From: Priapulus caudatus
Taxonomy: Eukaryota
Length of the DNA stretch: 25,676 nucleotides
Assembly (NCBI RefSeq): GCF_000485595.1
Contig: NW_014577070.1
Location: 558,432-584,107, forward strand
Direction: 5' to 3'
Both the position numbers and the translations under genes were made by a program. Numbering within the stretch: position 1 is the first letter of the stretch; each line of letters starts with the position of its first letter. The notes beneath the pieces were generated by a model. It was not told the DNA's origin. It worked only from the letters and a program-made list of their open reading frames with translations, and made no database searches. Below, one piece after another: positions 1-10,609 of this stretch.

Positions 1-333
1 CCTACCATGATGCTATACACCGACTATCACGAGCCTAGGTCGAGCCGTTTAGATTTGTGCCGCAATTCTGCATTTCCTCCCTATACCTTAAGTTAAGGAG
101 GGAATGTTCCCCCTTCTTTTACACCTTTTGACCTTTGACCCCCAGCTTCGACATCCCAACTCGATTTCGGATTACCCCCCCACGTCCCGACTTTCGAATC
201 CGTACGTCGAGCCGTTTAGATTTGTGCCCAACTGTTGACGGACGCACGGACGGACGCTCGGACGGACGGACGCACGGACGCACGCTCATGCGATTCTACA
301 AGCTGCATCTGACTATGTCAGATGAGCTAAAAA
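1..333 (+). mobile_element. 3' end of a Helentron-associated / pearl-like non-autonomous element in a CYC1 intron
   Basis: Internal repeat GTCGAGCCGTTTAGATTTGTGCC (39-61 and 206-228), TGACCTTTGACC motif, (GGAC)n microsatellite (~237-285), terminal hairpin CATCTGAC-TAT-GTCAGATG (306-324) with AGCT flanks, then an A-run. This modular layout is typical of such elements. Confidence 0.65.
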
Positions 334-619
334 CTATATCCACTAATCACGGTGTTTTTGCAATCGTGTCACTAGTGATAATGCAGTTACACGGTGCAAG
401 CTTCCACACATTTTGTTGTTTCACAATTTAACTATGATAAATGCACTTACAATGGTAGCTACAAAGGTATTTTCGTAATTACATATACAAAATCAATTTC
501 ACTGACTGCGCTTACAAGTCAATAATAGCAGTAAAACTGCGACCTTCGCTAAAAGATCTATCCATGATTAGCTACCACAGATACAAAACTAACTGGATCA
601 ATTGTTTACTGCACTTCAC

Positions 620-3409
620 CTCTTCGGCTTCTGCCTTTGCCTCAGCTTCTGTGTGGCATACGTCCACCAGATTACGGTAAGCGATGTACTTCATACTGTG
701 ACAGGCGGCACACACCTGCTTGTAGACTTCATAACCTCGTCGGATGCTGCAGTGATTATGTTAATGTCACAAATCTATATTTAGTAATGCTATCAATTGT
801 TATTGTAAACGATTTTGATTAACCAAACAACACCGAACATAAAGCCTTTGTAATAGAAAATGTATATGGAAATGACGTGAGAAAAAATTCATTTTCTACC
901 CAACAGGTGGCACCAGGTTTATCATTAACAAGTAAAATAGCTAAAAATGATGAAACACTTAACTCTACATTTAAAAACTACTAAACAGACTGAAACAGAG
1001 ACGTCCAGTGATCATCACCTGGCATGATCTATAGAGCTAAACCATCCTTTATGGCTCCATGGCAGTTTGGCAGGATGAAGAATTAGGTCTGTTGCTTTTA
1101 CAGAATGGTTTAGTGCAGCAACTAGACCTAATCCACCAGCAGTTAATAGACCTGTTGTGCCAAGAACCTACAATTGTCATGAATAAGCATTCATTAACAA
1201 CACACTTACTATGCACACTACATTCAGACTGCTACTAAACATGTGAAATGTATCTGTGTGCGAGTGACTGTGAGTGTGTGTGTGTGCATGTGTGCGTGTG
1301 TGTGTACGTGCGTGTGTGCGTGCTTGCATACGTGTGTATATATACATGTATGTTAATTATCAGATTTTTAACATGTAATTATGTAGCTATAATCAAAATT
1401 AAATTACAAACAGATGTACTCACAATCTTCTTTCCCCATGAGTAACTGCTGTAACTTGAAAGGTTGCCCTAAAAGATAAAAATATAAACATTGGTTACAT
1501 TTACTCATTTGAAAAGATTATGCAATATAGTATTTCAATATAAAGTATGTAATATTTATAATATACATGTGTATTATATTAATACACAATAGTCAATACA
1601 ATAAGCCTCTTGTCTGTGTGAAACAGAAGACTGAGTGGGACATAACTAAGAAAAAGAAGCATTTTAATGATAATTATTTTAAAATTTGAAATATTCAATT
1701 CAAAAACTCAGTGCATCATCAGTTAAGTAAATAAATTGGATATACTTTTATCCAAAAGTGTCTCTATTGTTTTGAAGATAAACATGTTAAAAAACTACAC
1801 TAATCTAAATGATTAATTATGCTTAATGGGGTTAGCCACTAGCTTTGTCAGCAGGTGGCGCAGCGGGAGCAGCAGTTGTAGAGCCGGTTGCGCAATGACC
1901 CATGGCAGATGTAAACATACATCGATCACACATAGCTGATCCTATATTTTGATCAACATATCAGAACAAATCGAACATATTTATACCTAACTTTAAGAGC
2001 TCCTGATAATACTATTCTCCCTTTAACCCAATATATAAGTTTTGCTCTATGTCTGTTGATATAATCAAATAAATAGCCAGATGGATCTAGGCAGTTCAAT
2101 AAATCGAATTATGTTCATTATTTAGTTGACGATTTCGTATGGCAGTGTTGTGCCTATAAGTATGACAATTGACAACAGCCCTTAATTACTTATATATTAT
2201 TTATAGATGGGCTATTTGTAGAATTTCAGCAAATTTGATTTTAATTCGAGTTGAACATGTACAACCTCCTGCCTGACACACACTGTTCTGACTTTATTTA
2301 TTTTCACCTGTTACTGTACATTCTAACACGGCCAGCGTACAAAATCTCAGTGTGTCCAGCTGTACGCGCAACTCGTACGGCGTTCTAAAATCGTGAGCGA
2401 AAATATACGCTGCAGAGCAGCGCACAGAATCGCTAGTGTGTCCTAGGCTTTAGGATTTCGACCCATAAATATATATCTCTAAGCCCCCCATGAGTATACT
2501 CCATGATGGAAACACGTTTTGAGTTAATCACAACACATGAATAGTATGACAGCAGTTTCTACCAACATTGATAGGGAACAACAAGCCGTACGATTATCAT
2601 GATTCATGAGGTCAAATGATGCGAATATAGTTCAGGCATCCCAATATTATACCATCATATATTATTACTTTATTACTATCAAACCTAAATATTATGATGT
2701 GTATGGCAATATCGTGACCATGTGATGCTCATATAATGAATGATTTACAGCACTACGTCCAGGCAAACTACTTTACCACCTCCAGATATAAGCCTACATG
2801 ATGGGGTCCAGATTAGTTTAGGATTTGCTTAGGATTACGCTTCCACTTAAACATGATGACAATAATGTCTATCGGGATCCTAAAGTAGACCACTGACCAG
2901 TTTTCTGTATTAACTCATATTGCACTCTAGCCAGCTACATTGTCATTTAAATTTAGGGCCCACACTCTTGACTCTACAGTCTACACGTCGTAAGAGCTAA
3001 ACACATTGTCATTGCCATTGGATTCTGTTTATCGAATCTCGGTTTCAGTAGGCCCAACCAGGATTCACCAATAGGTTTGTGTTAGGCTAAGCTATGTATT
3101 CCTGTACGTTATACCGTAATGGTCCTGCAACGTATCATTAGACATTAATATCAACTATCATTCAGAATGACTGAATGTCAGTACCTAATCTTAGTAATAA
3201 AATGGAATTTAATTTTAGTGCCCTAACATTTTGTTCAAAAGCAGATTTAGGCACTTGTAAAATAATGTCCATATAAGATAATTCCAGATACGCGTGATAG
3301 ACATTTATTACGATATGATGCAAACTCGAATTACCTGTTGTGGTAATAATGCCGGATGAATTCTTAAAAGACTGGTGGCAGTAGTTCTTCTAACTAGGGC
3401 CGCCGCCAT
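620..3409 (-). CDS. CYC1: Cytochrome c1, heme protein, mitochondrial (5' part; exons 3409-3335, 1468-1424, 1167-1019, 746-620; continues left of window)
   Basis: Manual minus-strand translation across GT-AG introns in consistent phase: [25 protein letters not shown] / [15 protein letters not shown] / [49 protein letters not shown] / [43 protein letters not shown]. It has the CxxCH heme motif (CAACH), the conserved LHP..PWSH.G and DH.SIRRG..VYKQVC blocks, and a bipartite presequence (Arg-containing N-terminus, then a hydrophobic stretch). Confidence 0.96.
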
Positions 3410-3660
3410 GTTGCCTGTTGGTAACCTTACCTCACTCACAGAGGTTAAATATGTATTTTAATAAATCGAAATCACTAGGTATATCAGGAATAGTTACATG
3501 CTCTCTAAGTAGGTTAAATTATAAAAAGATTTACCTGTCTTTCTGCTAAGAAATTACATCGTGCTATTGTCCAATTATAAAAGTTAAAGTCTTAGTTTAA
3601 AATATAGAATCCTCAGGGTAAGGTAACCGGTACCGGAAATGAAAAGACAGAAATGGCGGT
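3410..3660. promoter_or_regulatory. Putative bidirectional promoter/5' region shared by CYC1 and MFF
   Basis: The CYC1 ATG lies in AACATGGCGGC (minus strand) and AAATGGCGG (3651-3659, plus strand) faces the other way; both are YY1-like. An ETS-like CCGGAAAT lies at 3633-3640. Possible plus-strand donors follow 3617 (AGG|GTAAGG) or 3658 (ATGGCG|GTGAAC). No other gene start is seen before the MFF exon at 8062. Confidence 0.55.
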
Positions 3661-3893
3661 GAACATAACATAACGAAATCTTCACTGCTGGGACATTCGT
3701 TTTCTTTTGCGGAAATACCAGGAACTATTTCTACGGTTGCGTATAGCACATACATAACTTCAACGTTTTACTGAACAATTTAAAAATCATGATTATACAT
3801 ACAGTGTCAGTGTACAAGACGCCCGATTATGAATTTTCTCTCACTCTCAGTCTCAGTCTCAGTCACTGAACTCTGAAGTAGGCCCCTACTACT

Positions 3894-4081
3894 GCTCATA
3901 GGGTCTATGTCCCCCAGGGTACTGCCGGAACGTACCCTGGGTACGGTCCGGTATACCGGAACGTACCCTGGTCACTATTTGATATGGTTAGGGTTAGGAT
4001 TAGGGAGTAGGCGTAGGCGACTCCCTAGACTCGTTAGTGGAGTAGACGAGGTACGGTTCTGCATATTACTATTAGATAGTA
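3894..4081. mobile_element. Mutator-like MITE, copy 1 (right end lost or interrupted)
   Basis: Begins GCTCATAGGGTCTATGTCCCCCAGGGTACTGCCGGAACGTACCCTGG and is near-identical to the reverse complement of 5732-5868. Similarity stops abruptly at TAGATAGTA (4081), where a different element begins. Confidence 0.7.
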
Positions 4082-4710
4082 GTCCGCAAATGCAGACGTA
4101 AACTCCGCTTTGCTAATCTGAGGGTGCGGGTTTATCGTCTGCAGTCACCCTTGTAAAAATTGTTGCAATTTTTGTTGTGGAAAAAGTATCGAAGTTACTC
4201 TTACTAGGATGAATTATTGCATGAAAACAAAGTTCTGAAACGGAGATAAAGTCTTCGGAAAGCGATATTGACAAACAGAAGGTCTGTACTTGATATTTTG
4301 GGTCGGATATAACCCCGTCACGCCCTCAGTGCTACTCGATTCACCTATCCAATGGTTTTCATGCAATAATTCATCCTAGTCAGAGTAACTTCGATATTTT
4401 TGGCCATATTGTACAGATTTTTCGATCGACCAATGAAATTCACTTCCGGTAGCCTCGGATTCACTCGGAAATAATTAAGGCTGACATCTCTGTCAGCTTA
4501 AGGCTGACGTCTCTGTACACGATGGACGCTGACAAAGTAAAACAACTCTATGGCGATATTGCCGAAGAAAAGAAGTTCGACTTTACTCTGAAATCTGAGC
4601 AAATTAGTGTTTTAGTCCATCTTCTTAATAATAAAGACGTATTTGGACTACTACCAACAGGATATGGCAAAAGTATGACGTACATTTTAATGCCGTTGAT
4701 GATGGAAAAG
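4080..4710 (+). mobile_element. Academ-like DNA transposon left end carrying a RecQ-helicase first exon
   Basis: Starts TAGTCCGCAAATGCAGACG at the break in the host MITE. It contains a subterminal hairpin (4091-4143) and a 47-bp inverted repeat (4182-4228/4355-4401), followed by a RecQ-like ORF. RecQ-related helicases are a known cargo of the AcademH lineage. The right end is not visible (N-gap at 4829-4838), so the superfamily call is an inference. Confidence 0.5.
4522..4710 (+). pseudogene. RecQ-like superfamily 2 helicase N-terminal exon (63 aa, orphan)
   Basis: MDADKVKQLYGDIAEEKKFDFTLKSEQISVLVHLLNNKDVFGLLPTGYGKSMTYILMPLMMEK carries a Q-motif-like LKSEQ and Walker A DVFGLLPTGYGKS. It ends at donor AAG|GTAGGT. 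No later helicase motifs (e.g. DEAH) were found in the window. Confidence 0.8.
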
Positions 4711-4766
4711 GTAGGTCTACTACTACTAGTACTTGTACCACGTTAGTACTAGTTGCGCGCGTGTTG

Positions 4767-4768
<2 letters not shown>

Positions 4769-4828
<60 letters not shown>

Positions 4829-4925
4829 NNNNNNNNNNACTACTAGTACTACTACTACTACTAGTACTACTACTAGTACTACTACTAGTAGTACTACTAG
4901 TAGTACTACTAGTAGTACTAGTAGT
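4769..4925. repeat. (GT)n, assembly gap and (ACT/AGT)n microsatellites
   Basis: Direct reading; N-run at 4829-4838. Confidence 0.95.
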
Positions 4926-5183
4926 GTTACACCATCACTTACCTTAGCTCCAAGAAACGGTTCTTGTTAGGGTTACTAGGTTAGGGTACACTACTCCTAG
5001 CAATTGTGTATATTGACATTAGTTACGCAGCCTGGTTGTGTTACATCATCACTGAGTCAGTGACAGTGACTGAGTGAGTCACTGACACTGACACTACCAC
5101 TGACACTGTGACAGTGAGTCAGTGTGTCTATCACTGTCACTGTGTCAGTGTCAGCAACATCGAACACGGAACAGAACACTAGC

Positions 5184-5868
5184 GCTGAGAGGGTCTATCA
5201 CTCCAGGGGTCGAAATTAGATTTTTATTATGGTATCCATTCTGGATACCAGGTATTGAAATCTGATAGGCCTATCCCCCCCCCCCAAAGATCTGGTATCC
5301 CATTTGTTGGATAGTAATTTTAACAATTGTTTGCCTTCGAAACTCATTGCTTGCATTCATTTTACATACACCTCCACAGTACACTGCAGACGTATTGTCT
5401 AGACGCATTATCTGGTTCGCTTGATACAATGTATACACATCACATTTACGCTGGCGCTTGCAAATATGCTATGCTTGGCTGCTGTATAACGCTAGAGTGG
5501 CCTGCCCCTGCTCAGATCGTGCGCACTCGCTCAGATGCGCTGCCGTATAAAGTTGATAACTCAACCACTATCCCGATTTTGACGATTTTTTATTTTACTA
5601 TCCCGGCGGGATACCAAGCATTGAAATCTGGTATCCAACACAAGAATCTACTATCCCGCGGATATCGGGATATCGCTAATTTCGACCCCTGCATGCTATG
5701 CCCCCCAGGGTACTGCCGGAACGTACCCTGGTACTATCTAATATGCTGGACCGTACCTCGCCTACTCCACTAACGAGTCTAGGGAGTCGCCTACCCTAAC
5801 CCTAACCATATCAGATAGTTACCAGGGTACATTCCGGCAGTACCCTGGGGGACATAGACCCTATGAGC
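5184..5868. mobile_element. Mutator-like MITE, copy 2, with 9-bp TSD and a nested insertion
   Basis: Termini GCTGAGAGGGTCTAT...ATAGACCCTATGAGC, with the inverted repeat continuing at 5696-5733/5820-5857. Flanked by the perfect direct repeat AACACTAGC (5175-5183 and 5869-5877). Confidence 0.75.
5204..5691. mobile_element. hAT-like MITE nested in the left TIR of the Mutator-like MITE
   Basis: Perfect 16-bp TIR CAGGGGTCGAAATTAG (5204-5219) / CTAATTTCGACCCCTG (5676-5691) and repeated subterminal GGTATCC/GGATAC motifs. No clean TSD. Confidence 0.75.
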
Positions 5869-6294
5869 AACACTAGCACTGGCACTGGCTATGCTGATCT
5901 AAAAGTTCTACTTTTATTACTACTAGTATAAGTTTTAGTTATAGTTTGTATACGTTTGCAGAATGTTGGTACCATAGTTACGGTAGTAGAGTAAGAACTA
6001 AGTTGGTAACTTTTACGCACGCTGTCAGCCTGTGTCATTGTATATAATTTGTAAGATATCTATTCAATGACGTACTGAATATTGTAGGCCTATCATGATT
6101 CATTGTCAATGGCTGTCAATGACATTCGATTGACTTAGCAATTGACGATATTCAATTGATATGGCTGTCAATGACATTCATTGACATTGTCTGGCAATTG
6201 TACAGTGTACTACTACTAACTAGTATAAGTAGCATAGATCGGCTGTTGATAGACTTGACATTCAATTGATTTGGCTGTCAATGACATTCATTGA

Positions 6295-6892
6295 CAGGGT
6301 TCGACACTAACCCACGTCCGACCGACCTAGTCGGGTAAATGCTTGGTCCGGTCGCATACAAACTACAAAGAGTGCTAGTAGCCCGACTGGTCGTGTTAGA
6401 ATTGGTTATATATATTGCACTGAAAGGTCACCTCTAGCTAGACTGGTTCACGGCCGCACTGTTTGTCGCAGAGCGTGTACATTGTCTAGCAGAGCGTGTA
6501 CATTGTCTAGCAGAGCGTGAGGCCGGATACCAGTCTACCCTTCGGCAAAAACAATAACGTGGCTTGCTGCCAGCCGCAGTAGACGATCGATAAACCGTGC
6601 GCTGGTGTATGCCCGTGGTAGAATACGAATGCTGCACGTGAACTCGGCCCACGCGCGATTTAAAGCGCGAGAAACAGCATCTATGAATTCATAGGATGAC
6701 ACACTCGATCTTATCTAAATAAAGTTTTTCATAACAATGGTCTGGGTCTGGGCTAGTGAAAGTTAGGTCAGGGCTAGTGGTTTTCCTCAGTTACTAGCCC
6801 GATGGTCTAGTGAAAGTTAGGTCAGGGCTAGTGGTTTTCCTCAGTTACTAGCCCGATGGTCTAGTGAAATAAAAAGTTAATGTTGAACCCTG
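6295..6892. mobile_element. hAT-like MITE with 5-bp TSD (ATTGA)
   Basis: TIR CAGGGTTCGACACTAAC / GTTAATGTTGAACCCTG (15/17). ATTGA on both sides (6290-6294, 6893-6897). Internal 21-bp (6468-6519) and 54-bp (6753-6869) tandem duplications. Confidence 0.75.
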
Positions 6893-7087
6893 ATTGACAT
6901 GGTCTGGCAGCTTGTACAGTGTACTACCGGTACTACTAACTAGTATAGGGCTGTAGCCCGTGTAGGCTATCCTTAAACTGGCACAGTCTGGAACTTTTTG
7001 TGCTCTCAGGCAGTGTCAGTCTTGCATTTACAGGTGCTACAGGTTTGTGTAAGCTCAATCAGGCCGCACTCAAAAAAATTCATGGTC

Positions 7088-7604
7088 CAGTTAAAACTCG
7101 GTTATCAGAACGAAACGGGCGGGGGGTATTTTGTTCGGATAACTGATGACAGTGTTTAAAATACACGACCGGTTCAGCTCCAGGTCAGCGTGTGAACCTA
7201 GTAGGCCTATGGCAACTAGTGAACCTATAGGCAACCGCTTACAGTTACAGGCAAATTACGTCAGCAACTGTACCGACTGTATCCAGGCAACGTTACGTCA
7301 AACGCGCGCCACCTATCTAGCTTTCTACAGCGCTACACAAAGGAACAGTGAACAATCAAATGTCTTTTCTTGAATTATGAATAACACGAATAGATTGAAA
7401 TATTTAAATAAATTATCTCAAAATAAACCTTCATTTCGGTGCAATATTGAAATCAGCTTGAATTCTCCATAACCTCTGAATTGTGTGTGACCCAACGGGT
7501 CATGGGTGGACTAGGGGCTTATTAAATATTCATGGGACCTTGAGATCTTGTTCGGATAATCCAAAATTCTGATAATTGATGTTCGGATAACCGAGGTTGG
7601 ACTG
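7088..7604. mobile_element. pogo/Tigger-like (Tc1/mariner) MITE
   Basis: Imperfect TIR CAGTTAAAACTCGGTTATCAGAAC / GTTCGGATAACCGAGGTTGGACTG followed by TA, with repeated subterminal GTTCGGATAA motifs. The left TA is not preserved. Confidence 0.65.
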
Positions 7605-8061
7605 TAATATGTACTAAAGCATGCGTAACCCCACCAATCTCTGGTAAGCAGTTTTATGGGCCAACTGATAGTTCTCGAGAGTAACATAAATATACCAGGT
7701 CCTCTACCTTTATAGTAGTAAGAATGCCGTACGTACAGTATTACAAATTTCCTTTCCTCTGATTGCTTTTTATTTGTCGTTTTAGCTAGGCTATTGTGCA
7801 CATAAATACTACTACATACCAATTTTACTTTCAACATTCTGAAAATACAACACCCATAGGATTGGTCTCATTTGAACTAATAATTGATTCTAAGTTTGGC
7901 AGTTACAACATGTCCTAGTACGTACGCATTTGAGAAGTTGAAATACATGGTTTACTGGAAATTTCCATTTTATTGTTGAGTGGTGTTCTTAGTTCATATT
8001 AGTGAATTTGTTAAGATTAGTTCATAAGTTATGTTAATTTTACACAATATACTTGCTTCAG

Positions 8062-9420
8062 ATGTCTGCGACTGCGAGTCCAGCCAGGCTGCTCCCTGAT
8101 ATTGAGGAATTAGAAAAGGAACTGAAAGGGGATTATTATGATCAAAATTTCACCGCTGACATCAGCGATAGAATGCAGGTAGGAAACTTGTAAATTGAAA
8201 TATGCAATAAATTTAGTACAAAACATAGCACAATATTATTTATTTAACTTAATAAGGTTGCCTTGAAAAATTCTTAAATTATTTTCTAAAGGTTAATGAA
8301 ATTTGTTTTGTTCAAAGGTTCCCCACAGGATTAGTCTAGGAGGTGGTTCTGAACCAAACAACCGCAGATATTATAATGATGATGCTGTAAAAATGTCCGC
8401 AAACATGAGTGTACCAGATAGGATAATAGTAACAGGTAACATTCCCTTTAAATATTGGAAATATAACACTTATTGCAAAAATATCCACACTAAAATAGAC
8501 ATAGTATTAATAGTTTCAAATATCTAGAAATATATTTGAATCTTATATGTTTCATTAGGAAGCTTTACAGTTCTGACAGTATGTCACCAAATGGTAATCG
8601 ATAAACTGACTTTTGCTTACAGGCCAAGAGCAGCATTTAGGTATGAAGGAGGCTCCACGTGATCTAAACCTCGAGATGCTACCAGAGGTAGACAACATTG
8701 CTCTAACAACGCCACCAAGAGTTCTCAATATAAATGATTATAATTTCCCCATCATGGATGAGTCCAAGAAGGAAGATGACAAGCCAAAGCCTGCAAACGT
8801 TCCTTCTCACAACAATAGGTACGTTGTTACATCCGCGATTTGATACACGATCAGGCTTGTTGCTTGAAGCCATAAATAGCATACCATCCTAGTTCTGCAG
8901 TTCGAGTTCACCATCTGTGTGATCACTTGATCAGTGTGTGCACTGACAAAGCTTTGCTCAACATGGCAATGTGCTGTCAGCTAATTATTACAGACACCCC
9001 TTAGAAACAATGCCAATCACTAATGGGTGGGGTTCTGGCCCAAACTATGAGTACATTAAGAACACGTAAATGGCCAAATCATGTCATTTTTATGCGTTTT
9101 GCCTTGCAATTATGCTGTTAGTAAAAATAATCACTTAAGCAGCGTAAAATGCCATATTGGTTGACATTTATTTCTATTTAACCTATTTATTTTATTTTAT
9201 TTTCAATTTATTTTCCGTGTGTAGTTTCGTTACGTCGGATGCGCTGTCACCTGCTGACGAGGTTGCCTTGCTGAGACGACAGATGGCGAAGCTGTCACGG
9301 CGTGTCACGAATCTGGAGCAGGGGAACCAGGCACGCCAACAGCGGGATCTCATGGTCTACACGATGGCACTCGGCTTTCTAGTGCTGAAAGCTCTTGGCT
9401 GGCTGCGAAAAAACTGGTGA
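8062..9420 (+). CDS. MFF: Mitochondrial fission factor (exons 8062-8178, 8318-8435, 8623-8818, 9225-9420; 208 aa from ATG 8062)
   Basis: GT-AG exons in consistent phase (0,1,2). Two N-terminal repeats (ISDRMQVPHRI and MSVPDRIIVTG) match the MFF Drp1-binding repeats. Also present: the conserved LTTPPRVL motif, a coiled coil (LLRRQMAKLSRRVTNLEQGN) and a C-terminal tail anchor (LMVYTMALGFLVLKALGWLRKNW*). The ATG at 8062 directly follows a splice acceptor (ttcag), so an upstream exon should exist. Confidence 0.93.
8994..9050 (+). CDS. MFF: Candidate alternative MFF cassette micro-exon (8994-9026 or 8994-9050)
   Basis: A branch-like CTAAT (8981-8985) and ttacag acceptor precede a frame-preserving reading HPLETMPITNG(WGSGPNY). 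Two possible GT donors give 33-nt or 57-nt exons, both phase 2-2 like the host intron. Both donors are weak. Confidence 0.45.
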
Positions 9421-10077
9421 TGACATCATAGGTGTATTCTCTTCGATCGGATGATGTTTCACTGCTCCCGGTGCCATGTTACTGAATTGTTGTTGGTGGT
9501 GATGCAGCAGAATGTTTTTGTAACCGCATTTTATGCATCGGTCTTTATTTATGTACTGATTTGTAATCAAGTGAATGTTTGTTGGGTGATTCGATTGGAA
9601 AGGAAAGGTATGGATATTTGTTAATGTCTAGTCAATTTCCATAGCGATTTCCAACATAAAGAATGAACGTCATCAAGATCCATGGTGAAGTACTGTGTAG
9701 GGAGTGATTCACATTACCTATACGAGATTCAAGTGCAAGAGAAGGTTCTCCCAAGATGGCAATGTTTGTAGAATGAAGAGAGACAAGTGTAGCTAGTAAA
9801 TGTAACTGTGCTTACCACACGGGATAGTATCAGAGCAATGACACAGTATCTGGCTTTTTTTATACTCTGCCGTTAGGTCAGTGGACAACGTTTCAGCAGT
9901 AGCAGATGTGTTATTTTCACAATAGGTTCAGAATGCTTCAGAACTCATTTGAATATTGTTATGATATACCCTGTCCTTTCGCATTAAATTACAGATATCT
10001 TTAATCATGGTCACACCTATATAATTGTGTTGTATAGATATGTTCATGCTCCAATGTATAGGTATTATACATCTATT

Positions 10078-10116
10078 CGAGAGTGAATAGAAACAATTTG
10101 TTTTTATTTACTCCTG
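10078..10116. mobile_element. 39-bp P-element-like mini hairpin (degenerate)
   Basis: CGAGAGTGAATAGAAACAA / TTGTTTTTATTTACTCCTG (15/19 inverted match), flanked by ATCTATT / ATCTAAT. Confidence 0.5.
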
Positions 10117-10609
10117 ATCTAATAGATAGGCATTAATGAATCTATGCATGTGGCGAGCAAATAATTATAAACTAGGGTTTCTCATTTCTGACTGTGTTAA
10201 AGTGCGTAGTTCACGTTCATAGTAATTTTGACCTACCATAGTTGTCATCATTCCTAAACACTTGAATGCATTTGCATAGAATATATAATTATTTAACGTG
10301 CTAGGTATTTTTTTCTTACTTGTTTTCATGCACAATTATGCATCAGGTCACTATAATAAATGCAATGGAAATCATTTTGCTCTTTTGGAAGTGCCTAAGA
10401 ATACTTAATTTTTATGTGTAATAATTATGTTATAGGCTCTTAAGGGGAAATCTATTAAACGGAACTACTTATGTACCCGTGGGTACCCCAAGTGTCTGTA
10501 CCTTGTACATGCATCCCTAAAAACACCATAGACATGTATGAATGTAAAATTGCAATTCGCTGTCACAGTGGTATTTATTGTTTAATGATTGTATTCTGTG
10601 CATACACAC

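Noticed and set aside
602..822. Plus-strand ORFs 602-784 and 637-822
   Set aside because: They are antisense shadows of the CYC1 exon at 620-746.
2320..2452. Possible PIF/Harbinger-like MITE end (...GTGTGTCCTAGGCTTTA) in CYC1 intron 1
   Set aside because: Only one plausible terminus is present, with no matching TIR or TSD.
2489..2505. CATGAGTATACTCCATG palindrome as a sixth P-like footprint
   Set aside because: The termini are similar but there is no flanking 7-bp direct repeat.
4522..4746. Host RecQ/WRN/BLM gene
   Set aside because: Only motif 0/I is present, the ATG lies immediately before the helicase core, and the exon is embedded in nested TE sequence with no downstream exons.
5327..5773. 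148-aa ORF
   Set aside because: It has a non-ATG start, crosses the boundary of two MITEs and shows no recognisable motif.
9418..9430. Stop-codon readthrough or selenocysteine at the MFF TGA
   Set aside because: The stop is a tandem TGA TGA with no CTAG readthrough context, the protein already ends as expected after the tail anchor, and no SECIS was recognised.
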